From NCBI GenBank assembly GCA_052327205.1, contig CM126210.1:95666001-95730000 (forward strand): DNA of 64,000 nt, in the 5' to 3' direction. Position numbers and translations under genes: made by a program. This stretch comes from Somniosus microcephalus (lineage: Eukaryota). The notes below the pieces were generated by a model. It worked only from the letters and a program-made list of their open reading frames with translations. It ran no database searches and was not told where the DNA came from. Of this stretch, positions 12,801-24,800 are shown piece after piece; within the stretch, counting starts at the first letter, position 1, and every line of letters begins with the position of its first letter.

Positions 12801-15800
12801 GGCACAATTTCAAAATTTGCAGATGACACAAAACTTGGAAGTATAGTGAACAGAGGATAGTGATTGACTTCAAGAAGACATAGACAGGCTGGTGAAATGG
12901 GCGGACGCTTGGCAGGTGAAATTTAACGTCGAAAAGTACAAAGTGATACATTTTGGTAGGAAGAACGAGGAGAGGCAATTCTAAAGCGGGTGCATGAACA
13001 GAGAGACCTGGGAATATATGTGCACAAATCATTGAAGGTGGCGGGGCAGGTTGAGAAAGCGGTTAAAAAGGCATACGGGATCCTAGGCTTCATAGAGCAC
13101 GATTTTCATTTGGCCGTGGAGGCGGGATTAGAGGCATGTGGGGGGTTAAAATCCCAAAATCGGGGGGCACGAACCCATCCCGACCCCAACCCGCCTCCAT
13201 GCCAATTTCAAAGGAGGCGGGTACCCAACCTGTGCTGGGACCCGCCTCCCCGAGGCGGGAAGGGGATTAGTGCCAATTAACTGCCTGTTAAAGTAACAGG
13301 TAGTTAACAAGCAGTTTTTAGCCTAATCCCTATTTTCATTCTTGAAGTGTGGGATTCCCGACAGCTCCAAACCACGCCAAGTTAGCGAGGCGGGCCGTCA
13401 GGCTGAAGGGCTTGGAGGGGTTGAGATGTCTGGTGTTCAGGTAATGGGTGCATGAGTGCAGAGGTAAGTGTGTTTGGTGTGTTTAAAGTATCTAAAGAAG
13501 TTTTACTTACCTTTACAGCCTTCCTTCCTTCAGGTCTCGAGTGTCCCTCATCTCACCAGCACAGAAAGCAGAATGGCCGCGAGCGGTCAAAAATTGCAGC
13601 ATTCAGCTTTCTGTTCCGGACAGATCTCTAAATCATCCTGAGAGGAAGGAATTAACTTAGAGTACAGATTGTCAGTGTTTGACAGCTTCAAACAGCTGTC
13701 AAATGCTGAGATTTCATCTGTCAAAAGGTCTTGGCAGATGAAATATCAATCTGTGACGTCACCTGTTGCTGGGTGGCCCTTAATTGGCCTGCTGAGCCCG
13801 CTGGGCAGGCTCAACAAGGTCAATCAAGTCAAAATCACGTGGGTTGGCTACAACTCGACGGAGGCGGGACTACAACCCCGAAAGTTGTAGTCCTGCCTCC
13901 TACCCGTCTCCTCAATGAAAATCCAGCCCATAGAGTAAAAAAGCAAGGAAGTTATGATGAACCTTTATAAAATACTGGTTTAGCCTCAACTGGAGTATTG
14001 TGTCCAATTCTGGGCACCACACTTTAGGAAGGATGTGAAGGCCTTAGAGAGGGTGCAGAAAAGATTTATGAGAATGATTCCAGGGATGAGGGACTTCAGT
14101 TACATGGATAGACCAGAGATTAAGTTTATTCTCCTTAGAGTAGAGAAGGTTGAGAGGAGATTTGATAGAGGTGTTCAAAATCATGAGGGGTCTAGACAGA
14201 GTACATAGAGAGAAATTGTTCCTATTAGCGGAAGGGTCGATAACCAGAGGACACAGATTTAAGGTGATTGGCAAAAAAAACAAAGGCGACATGAGGAAAA
14301 ACTTTTTTACGCAGCAAGTGGTTAGGATCTGGAATGCACTGCCTGAAAGTGTGGTGGAGGCAGACTCAATCATGGCTTTCAAAAGGGAATTGGATAAGTA
14401 CCTGAAGAAAAAAAAATTGCAGGGCTACGGGAAAAGGATGGGGGAGTGGGACTAGCTGAATTGCTTTTGCAGAGAGCCGGCACGGGCTCGATGGGCCGAA
14501 TGCCTTCCTTCTGTGCTCTAACGATTCTATGATTACCCACTCAATGGATAGCTGCGTAGCAATTGAGAGCAGGAATCTTGATTGATTTCTCTCCCATCTC
14601 CATCATAGCCAGAGGCCCTGAGACCATCGTAGTACCCCTACCATTACTCCGGCTGACAACAGCTAACTCAGCAGCGACCAACAATTGAAGTTGGGATCTT
14701 TCTGCTATGTACAATTCTGTGCCACATCAAGCAATACATTTACACTTGAAGCTGGTAGATTGTTTTTTCGGGGTGGGAGGGGCAGAGACTGTGACTACAT
14801 GATAATACATAAATGCTCCCACTATAGGAACAGGAGTAGGCCACTGAGCCCCTCGAACTGGTTCTGCCATTCAATGAGATTATGGCTGATCTGCGACCTG
14901 ACTCCATATACCCGCCTTTGGCTCATATCGCTTAATACCTTTGATTAACAAATATCTAGCAATCTCAGATTTAAAATGAACAATTGATCTAGCATCAATT
15001 GCCGTTTGCGGAAGAGAGTTCCAAACTTCTACCATCCTTTGTGTGCAAAAGTGACTTAATTTCATTCCTGAAAGATCTGGCTCTAATGTTTAGACTATGC
15101 CCCCTAGTCCTAGACTCCCCAACCAGTGGACATAGTTTCTCTCTATCTACCCTATCTGTTCCCCTTAATATCTTGAAAACTTCGATCAGATCACCCCTTA
15201 ACCTTCTAAATTTTAGGGAATACAATCCTAATTTGCGTAATCTCTTCTCGTAATTTAACCCTTGGAGTCCGGGTAATTCTGGTAAACCTATGCTGCACTC
15301 CCTCCAAGGCCAATATATCCTTCCTAAGGTGTGGTGCCCAGAACTGCTCACAGTACTCCAGGTGTGGTCTAACCAGGGTTTTGTATACTGCAGCATAACT
15401 TCTACCCCCTTGCATTCAATGCTCTAGATATAAAGTTCAGCATTCCATTAGCCTTTTTTCAATATTTTCTGTACATGACATTTTAATGATCTATGTACCT
15501 GGACCCTCAAGTCTCTCTGGATCTCCACTGGCTGCAATGCCACCGATCTTTGTGTCATCGGTAAATTTGGATATATGGCTTTCTATGCCATCTTCTCAGT
15601 TGTTAATAAATACTGTGAATAGTTGAGGCCCCAACACAGATCCCTGCGGGACACCACTAGTTACATCTTGCCAATTAGGCTACCTGCCCATTATCCCTAC
15701 TCTGTCTCCTGCCGCTCAGCCAATTTCCTAATCAGGTCAATAATTTGCCTTCAATTCCATGGGCTTCTACCTTAGTTAACAGTCTCTTTTGTTGGACTTT

Positions 15801-18800
15801 ATCCAATGTCTTCTGGAAGTCCATATAAATAGCATCCATAGACATTCCCCTGTCCACTACGTTAGTCACCTCCTCAGAAAAATGAATCAGGTTTGTCAGG
15901 CATGACTTACCTTTCACAAATCCATGCTAGCTCTCTCTGATCAGCTGAAAATTTTCAAGGTGTTCAGTCAATCTATGCTTCAATATAGACTCTAGTAATT
16001 TTCCGACAACAGATGTTAGGCTAACTGGTCTATAATTTTCTGGGTTCCCTCTCTCACCATTTTTAAAAAGTGGAGTGACATGCGCAATTTACCAATCTAA
16101 AGGAACGGTTCCTGAATTGAGAAAACTTTGAAAGTTTATAGTTATGGCATCTGCAATGTGCTCACCTATTTCCTTTAACCCCTGGGATGGAAACCATCTG
16201 GTCCTGGGGATTTGTCACTCTTCAATGCCATTATTATCTGCATTACTGTTATTTTACTGATGTTAATTTTATTGAGTCCCTGTCCCTGATTCAGTATAGT
16301 TTCCTTGGGATTTCTAGCATTCTATCCTCTTCCTCTACTGTAAACATTCCCCACATTTGGCCAGAAAACTATACTAAGGTTTAGACTGTCAACTAATATT
16401 GTTACAAGTAGGACCACTTTCAAAAACTTCCCACTCTAATCCCAAATTTATTACATTTAAAATAATGATTAACCATTAACTAGCCCAAAATTCAAGTCAG
16501 CTTGTAGGTTATTTTTAAGTAAATACAATCCTGTAAATATTTATCCCCACTTTGCAGTGCCTATTGTTTTCTTCTTGCTATACAGGAAACTTTCTGGTAT
16601 CCGGCACTGACGGGACCGAGCTGGTGCCGTACCATCAAAACTGCCATAGAAACCAGCGCTAATGTTAAAACATACGGAGCTTTTGAGCTCCATGTGAATC
16701 AACAAACCCTGTTGCTTAGCAACAGCTTCAAAACAGTCGGCCGCAGCTTAAAAGCGTCTTTGTAGCTAAGCAACAGCTTCAGGTAGACCTTGCAGAGCCT
16801 GACTGGGAAAAAAAAAAACGAGAAGTAAAAAAACTTATAGGAAACGACTCCTGAATTTTGCCGGTAGATAGAGCTTTCCAGACATTTAACCTCTGGTTAA
16901 ACGAAAGTTTCCTGTATTTCTTTTCTTTCTCATATTGCCTGCTTATTGTTGTTTCATATGACAGGAAAAGCTTATAATGGGATGTCTAGTTTGGCTATCC
17001 ATTCGATGGCCTCCTTATTGAGTGCATTTGCTCTTCTGCTCATGTTCTCTTGTTCTCTTAGTGAGGGGACCTTCATTTGTTGTTCAGGTGCGGCAGGGGG
17101 GTGGGGGTGGGGGGTTGTCATAGGCTGGAATTTTCTGTACCTGGGTGGGTCGGGTGCAGGTGGTCACCATGGCGGGTCGCAACCCCGTTCTTCATTTCAT
17201 CCTGCTCCTGAAATTGACTTTCCCTTAATGGCGCCTATTAAGGCAGCCCTGTGTGTTACCCGGCCCTATTAAACGGTGCGGGTCTGATGACATCATCGAT
17301 GATGCGTTATCAGCCGGGATATTTAAAGGAGCCATGGCCACTTTGCATTTGAAGGTTCATCTAGTATTGTGCAGACACTGCACTGTGCCATTGGAGTGTT
17401 ACAAAGAGTTTTAAACATGACTGCACAGAGACAGAGGGCTGCACACAGGTTCTCAGATGACTCCCTCCATATGCTTGTGGAGTGAGCGAGAGCACGCAGG
17501 GAGGTTCTCTTCCCTTCCGATGGGCGGAAGAGACCTCCCCAGCAGACCAAAGGAGCCTGGTCCATCAAGAGCCGCACCCCGCCACCCCCCCCCCCCACTG
17601 TCTTAGGAGGAAGGGGAAGACAACTCCTCAGAGGAGCCTCCAGCCTCTGAGGGTGCAGCATCACTGCACATAAGTGCACCCAGCGCCAGCGCAGATATGC
17701 ACACCTTGGCAGGTGCCACACGAGATAGAGTAGTGTTGTCACCTAGTGTCTCACAAGTCACAAGTGAGCAAGAGCAGATGGTGGAGACAGGAACAGCAGT
17801 GGAGACTCCTTGCCGGAGGGCGCAAGACGCTCCCAGCTCTGCTCAGCTGCATGCAGATGCTGAGCCTCGGGGGCCATCGAGAAAGAGGGCAATCCTGGAG
17901 GTGCAGCAAGAAGTGCTGGAGGCTTTGACAGGTTTTGTGACCATGATGTCTGTAAATGTGCAGAGAATGGAGAAGTCTATCTCCAACATGTGCATCACCG
18001 TGTCACAGGCAATGGCGACGGTAGGTACTTCCATGGATTGGATGGCCACCTGCATGGAGCAGCTAATGCGCCACAGGAGCACATGGTCTCTATGGAGAAT
18101 AGATGGCTATCTATGGAGCACAGATGGCAGATGCTCATAGACCTCCTGTCTAGGAGCGATGTCAATGCAGACGTGGGTCGTCATGGCCTCACTGTTGTGC
18201 AGCAAGGTGCTCTCCAGCTCCTTGCTAGCAGGGATGAGGGTGAGGGGGGACATGGAAGTGGGGGCTCCTTTCAAGGCGCTCACACTTCTCCCCTGTTGCC
18301 CCCCTCCCCCCTTCAGTCAGAGCCCCAGATGGCTCCAGCAATCTGCAAATGTCTGCGATGACCTGGCACGATAGCCGGAGCCCCCTTTGGCAGTGCTGTT
18401 CCGTCACATTGAGGAAGCTCATTCTTTGCCTGTATACCCTGTGTTGGGGGTATCGCCTCTGGCGCGGTGCAGCCCTGTGCTGATGCCCTCTATCCTGTGC
18501 AGCATCAGGTGGTTGAGGAGAAAGTTGGTGGTGCTGCTGGGTGTTGGGGCTCATCGTGGTCCGATTCTGAGGACCAAGGTGAGACAGTATAAACAGCACC
18601 CATGCAGATGTAATAGATGGCAGGTCAAGTAGAGATGACAGAAGCAAGCTGTCAATGGTGTGATAGGTTCTACCAATGAGGTGACAGTGGATCCTGACTT
18701 TGCTGAAAAGACTTGCAATTGTTAGAAAGCAAAATCTGTGCTAACAATGAACTCAGCAACAGCATCTGCGTTAGTAAAGTGACCTCGTGTCAGTTGGGAG

Positions 18801-21800
18801 TTTTATTGTGCTTTCCATGCTGTGCACTAATGAGCTGGATCAGTGGCCACTGAACTTCCACCTCAGGTTCACAGATGTGGTTCCTGAGCTATGTGAGTCC
18901 CATGGTCATCCAGGGAAATTTGAAAGGTAGGGTTAAAAAGAGATTCAAGGGTCTGACAAGTACATAATAATCATTTAAATTAGCTCGGCTGCCTCTGCCG
19001 TTCGGGTCACTGCTGGTAAATGCGCCCGAGGGAAAGGTGTGTGGGGGTGGGATAATGGTGGGTTCCCGACCCGCTCCAAGGTATTTCAAATATCCCTCCT
19101 GACCTGGCCCCAATCGCACCCGCATGGACACCAGAAAATTCCGGCCATAGTATTTGATTCTTCAATTTATAATATGCAGAATTAGATGGGAAATTGAATA
19201 TTTGATATTTCAAATTTACAGTGACTGAAACAATATAGAATGCACTGATCCTACAAAATAGTAAATTATTGCTCATTTAGGCCTTGCATACAGTAATTAT
19301 ATATTAAAAAAGACTTGCATTTATATAGTGCCTTTCATGATCTCAGGACGGCCCAATGTGCTTTACAGCCAATGAAGTGCTTTTGAAGTGTAGTCACTAT
19401 TGCAGTGTAGGAATATGGTCAACTTTCACCATTTCTCTCCTACAAATTAAGGACCATCAACCCCTACTTCTATATTAATTATTACTTTCAAATGTAAAGT
19501 GAAATATTTGGCTGTCTACACACTATTCTTTCTTCTTTCTGTGTTTCTCCACCTTCTTCCTCATTCTGCCTGTTCATTAGGTGCCTTGCTTCTGCTCCTG
19601 CTGTCTTCTGGAGGAATAGTTGTAGATATGCTTTGGGAGAAGGAGCAAGTCTAAACTTCTCAACACTGAAATTTGAAAGAGTGTAAGTAAGCTCAGCTGC
19701 CCATGGCATAATTCTGACTAGCATAGCTCTGGACTCTGCTGGAATATCTGGGGTCAAGGTAGGGTCACCAAATTTAAATAAATTGGGTGGGTGCCCAGAC
19801 TCCTATGGGTGCATCTTGAGCACCCACTAGAGGGGCCAGAGGAAGATGCAGCATTGTACAGCCACATGTGGATGGCATTGGCAGGTCTGCCCTTAAAGTT
19901 AAGGGTGTGCAGGTAATCTGCTTCCATTATTATGATGCCAATTTAAACAAAAATTCTATGAACAATTCTGGGGTATTCCAGGTCATGACACTGGACTCCA
20001 GTAGCTTACTGGTATCCACGTTGCTCAGTGCAAAGGCAGGCCATCGATCAGGTAGATAGAACTCTGCTCTTCCACCCACAGAGGAAATCCCAACCAGATG
20101 TCATTGGGAAGGTGACCTGGAATTTCTAAGTCCCACCACTTTTATACAAGCATTCCACCCTAGCCTCTGAAAAATTCAGGGCCACTCTGAATGGCTTCCA
20201 TTTTCTGGACTGTTGTAAGCTACTATACTATGATTTAAAAACTAATGGTGAAGTTATGTTCAAAGTTTAGCATGTAATTAAACATCACCTGTGCAATAAA
20301 ACATAATTAAACATCAATTTTATGTTAAGATAATACAGAATTATTTCATTAAATATTTGGGAGTTTTGCTTGATTACCTTTAAGAGGTGTTTTGGGTGTT
20401 GGGGGGGGGGGGGGGGGGTGGTGGAGGTGGGGAGCAGTTATTGTCAGTGGGTTTCCCCAAACAAACTCAAGGCCGCATTTGACATTTTTTCCCCGTTTCC
20501 CGCCTAGCAGCTGGCCAAAATCGACAGGCTGGCTGGCTGCCTGCCGTGCGGCAAGGCCTTCACTGGTAGGCTGCAGCTGGGGAGCAGAGAAGGAGGAGAC
20601 TGGGAGGGAGAGATCATGGGGAGGGGCGGGGGGGAAATCGGGATGGAAGCTCGGGAGTAAGATCGTAGTTGCAAGGTCGGGGATGAGACAGTGAGTCAGG
20701 GTGGACTTGGTGGGGGGGCCCAGAGAGATCGTGGGTCGAGCGTCCAAGACATCGGAGGGGCCAGAGAGGTAGGTCAGGGCTTGGAAAGTTCGGGGGGGGG
20801 GGGGGGGGGCGGGAAGGGAAAGAGTTAGTTAACAGGATAGCTTGTGGGGCTTGGGGGGAAGCACTCCTGCTCCTCCTGGCCCACAAGCAGTGCAGGAAAG
20901 GCACTTGCCAGTTCCATCCAGCAGTTCTCGCCTTCCTTCAGTTGCCGGGTTTCCTGAGACCCCGGAAACATGGCTGGCTAATGTTAAAAGGGCAATTAGC
21001 GATGGGCAATAAATGCTGGCCTTGCCAGCGACGTCCACATCCCATGAATGAATAAAAAAGGACCCGCCTCCTGAGAGTGGGTTGCTTGACCGCCACCCGA
21101 CTCGCCTCCGTTAAAACCGGAAGTGGGGAGGTATTAAAGGCGTGTTGGGTTTGTGTTTTAAATTTTTTAACTTCCCACCTGACAAAAGCCCACGCGTTTC
21201 TGGGTGTTAAAATTACCCCCATTAAGCTTTTACTCCTTCCAATGAAGAATAACGGAGGAGAAATAGCAGGCTAAATAGCATGAGCCACTAAGTTTTTAAA
21301 GTGCAGTGGGCCTGATATGGTGTAACAGAAGTTTTACATAGCCTGATTTTACAGGAGGCCGATGGTCGCATCTGTTACTGCTTGGATTTAGGAGAACGAG
21401 GAACAAACGAGTCAAGATGTAGCCCATGTCTGGAACAGTTGCCGTATTTATTACAGCAATTTACCTGCCACCTATCAATGTTACAGTATCGCATTCAGCT
21501 TTTGTGGAGAAAGCTCTTGTTGTTTAAAGCGCATCAAAGTGACACAAGCAAAGCTCCAAACCTGCCTATGGAAGTGTGTTATCTTTTAAATCAGCTCAGG
21601 CTCCAGCTCGCAACAGTTCTACAGATGGAAAAAGGGTTCGACAACTTGTTTATTCATTTGTGGGGACTCTGTCGACTGCGCCGGGGAAGTCTGTAGTTTT
21701 GATCATATGGGATCGAAGGAAAAGGTGGAGGGTGTGGGTGTAAAACAGGGCAAATTAATTATTTGTTTGTACTGTAGTCTGTACCTCTCATTGTGCTGAA

Positions 21801-24800
21801 GAAGACAGGCAGCATTCAGTGTTGTTTAAAGAGAAACCTTTCCCTGCGGATGCAATGGCTAAAAGGGAACACTGTTCATTTTTTCTTGCCATTGAGCCAA
21901 GATGGCCCATTTAATGCTTTCAAGAACTCTCCCCTATTACTTTACCCACACATCTCATTCAAAAGCAATAGACACTAAGCCAAGCTGATTATTTTAAATG
22001 TTTGTTTAAATTTTCATGAAGCAGGAAAAAAAAGATGTAGCACAGGAACGATCAAATCCAGCACTTTGTAGTTTTTAAAACCGTTATACTGTAATCATAA
22101 TTTCATTGATATGCTGAGGTCACTTTAGTCACTGGCTTAGGAGGATCTGACAACTGAGAGCTTTTCACTGTTCCATGCTGAGGACAGAGTGCTCATAGCT
22201 GATAACTTAAAGAATTTGAATTCACACTTCAGATTTCAGAGATCGAAACACTGAACATCCATAGGTGATTCCTAATCCAAACCTCAAGCTTACTCTTCTA
22301 GTCACAGAAGTAATCACTTGCAATATTCTGCATCTTCCTATTTGTTACATTTGGTATCACAATCTCAGGCAGGACAGTTTCAAACCACCGAAAAAAAAAA
22401 TTCACCTTTATAAATCCCAAGGGTTAGCTATCAAGTCCTAGGTTTGCGATTAATATAAACAATATATTGGGGCAGAAATTCGGGTCGGGGGCTTGCCGCG
22501 CGTGCAAGCCCCCGATGTGCACTTACCCGACGCGCCGGCCGTTGAGCTTCAGGGACGCCTGGAATTCCTGTTTTAAAATGTTGACTCCCGGGCAGCGTCT
22601 AACGTCACGCCGCCCAGGAGTGCAGCCAGCGCGAAGCCTGGAGCGCGCTGTGCAAGTGAGACACGCCCCTTGAGGTCTCACTTTAACAGGACACGCCCCC
22701 AATACTTCTCACAAGCTGCAAAGCATTTTTACACGTAGAGCAGCATTTTAAATAGGTTTTTTGTATTTTTAAGAAGCTTTTGGTAACTTTTATAAACTTT
22801 TAAAAACGTTTAAATTATTTTGAAGAATCTGAAGTAGTTTTAAACAGAATTAAAGCGATTTCAAGACTTTTAAAAGCCCTGAAAGCATTTTTTTCATTCC
22901 ATTTATTTAATTAGCAACATCGTCGTCGTACGTGTCTTCACACTGTTCCCTTTGGGGAACGGTATGAAGTGGTGGAAGGATTTCTGGCCGTGATTAACGC
23001 TCCTTCCGTGACCGTAACCATCTTTGTACCAGCCATTAGGGTGGTTAGTCCTATGGCGGGAGGGTTTTACGGGCTCCCACAACCTATACGAGGGGGGGGC
23101 CACCCACACCCACGGACGCAAATATCCCACTGGATGTCTACCCAGAATTTAGAGCCGGAGCTCCGACTCCACTTGCCGGGAGTGTCTGGAGCGGGGTTCG
23201 AAACCCTACGCCGTGTGGCCCAGCGGCGGGGATGCTACCGCTACGCCAAAGGCCCACTCAGATTAGCAACGTGAAATGGCTGGAATGAGCACAATTCACG
23301 GCATTAAAAGAACTCACAATTGAACTGATGATGACCTCAGCAATCTCCTCAATGAGGTGGATGTGCAGCGCCTGCTCATCATTGGTAATGAGAAGTCCAA
23401 GGCGCCGCAAAAAGGACAGATGATAGCTTGGTCTTTCAAGTGGCAGCATAGGGCTCCAGTCACGGGGAGGGAAAAGGTGTAGGAAACGTAAGGGTGTCAT
23501 CTTTTGCGCGGAGTGGGCCTTTTGCGTAGCGGTAAGCATCCCCACCGCTGGGCCAGAAGGAGTAGGGTTTCGAACCCCGCTCCAGCCAGTCCCGGCAAGT
23601 GGAGTCGGAGCTCCAACTATAAATTCTGGGTGGACATCCAGCGGGATACTTGCGTCCGCGGGTGTGGGTGGGCCCCCCCCCTTCGGATGGGTTGTGGGAG
23701 CCCGTAAAACCCTCGCGCCATAGGACTAACCACCCTAATGGCTGGTATGAAGATGGTTATGGTCACGGAAGGAGCGTTAACGTGGCCAAAAATCCTTCCA
23801 CCACTTCATACAGTTCCCGAAAGGGAACAGTGTGAGGATACGTACGACGATGACCTCTTGCGCAATTGCACCTCCTTGGACCCTCAGTCGCAGATGCGAG
23901 TGGGCAAATCGTGCAATTTTTAAATTTTTCATTTTATTGACATGTAAAATGTTGGCCCAGTAATTCCCTTCCAAATGTGCTAGTACGGTCGGGGTATTCA
24001 CGCGTCTGGCCGGAGGAAATGCCGGTTTTCAGCATGCACAGTGCATGTGGGGAAAACCGGCATTTCCTGTCCTCTGGACGAAGGGGTTCAGAGGCAGAAC
24101 GCGTGCGACTGCACAGGCAGCGCGTCCGCAGTAAAATTCGCCGGTTTCATTCATGCTTTCAGTGAGGTCAAGTCCTTAAAACTTACACATGAAAAAAGCA
24201 TGAGTGCAGTTGCTCCAGAGGAAGATATTTTTTAGCGTGGATCTTCTGAAAGGCAATATTTTTGTTTGGGAAAGGGAGGAAAGTTATTTTAAGAAATGCT
24301 GAGGTAAGTTTTAAAGTTTATTTTTGTTTTTTAAAATGGGTTTTCAGTACTGTAGGTAGAAGGATCAATTGTGGCTCTGTGAATTGAATTTGCTGTGTTT
24401 ATTAATGTGAAAATGACTCCAACATTTTTAAGAAAGAAACTTTTCATCAGTAATATATTCTTTTAAGTAATTATGTATGTATGTCTGTATATATTCCTTT
24501 GCGTGTATGTATATATTCCTTTACTTATGTGTATGAATGTATTTATTTAATTATGACTTTCAGAGAAAGTAACTTATTGGAAAATCATAATTAAATACAT
24601 ACATTCATACACATAAGTAAAGGAATATATACATATACGTAAAGGAATATATACGGACATACATACATAATTACTTAAAAGAATATATTTTAGAACAGTC
24701 ATTTTCACATTAAACACAGCAAATTCAATTCACACAGCCACAATTGCTCCTTCTACCTACAGTACTGAAAACCCGTTTAAAAAAAAAAAAAAAAATTAAA

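Larger units (their letters stand above)
5990..14535 (+). mobile_element. Near full-length degenerate CR1 LINE (ORF1 zinc finger + SGNH esterase; ORF2 APE-RT) hosting three nested insertions
   Basis: ORF1 has [16 protein letters not shown] and [11 protein letters not shown]2 pieces at about 7245-7396, 8033-8257, 11238-13094 and 13930-14455 ([15 protein letters not shown]). 5' boundary approximate. Confidence 0.88.

Noticed and set aside
16946-17120. Hydrophobic plus-strand peptide resembling a GPI or signal segment of a nested gene
   Set aside because: No supporting partner exons could be identified, and the ORF runs into a transposon.
23511-23585. Functional tRNA genes (also at 28.6, 41.8 and 63.5 kb)
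   Set aside because: A and B boxes only, no convincing cloverleaf, and fused to SINE or LINE bodies.
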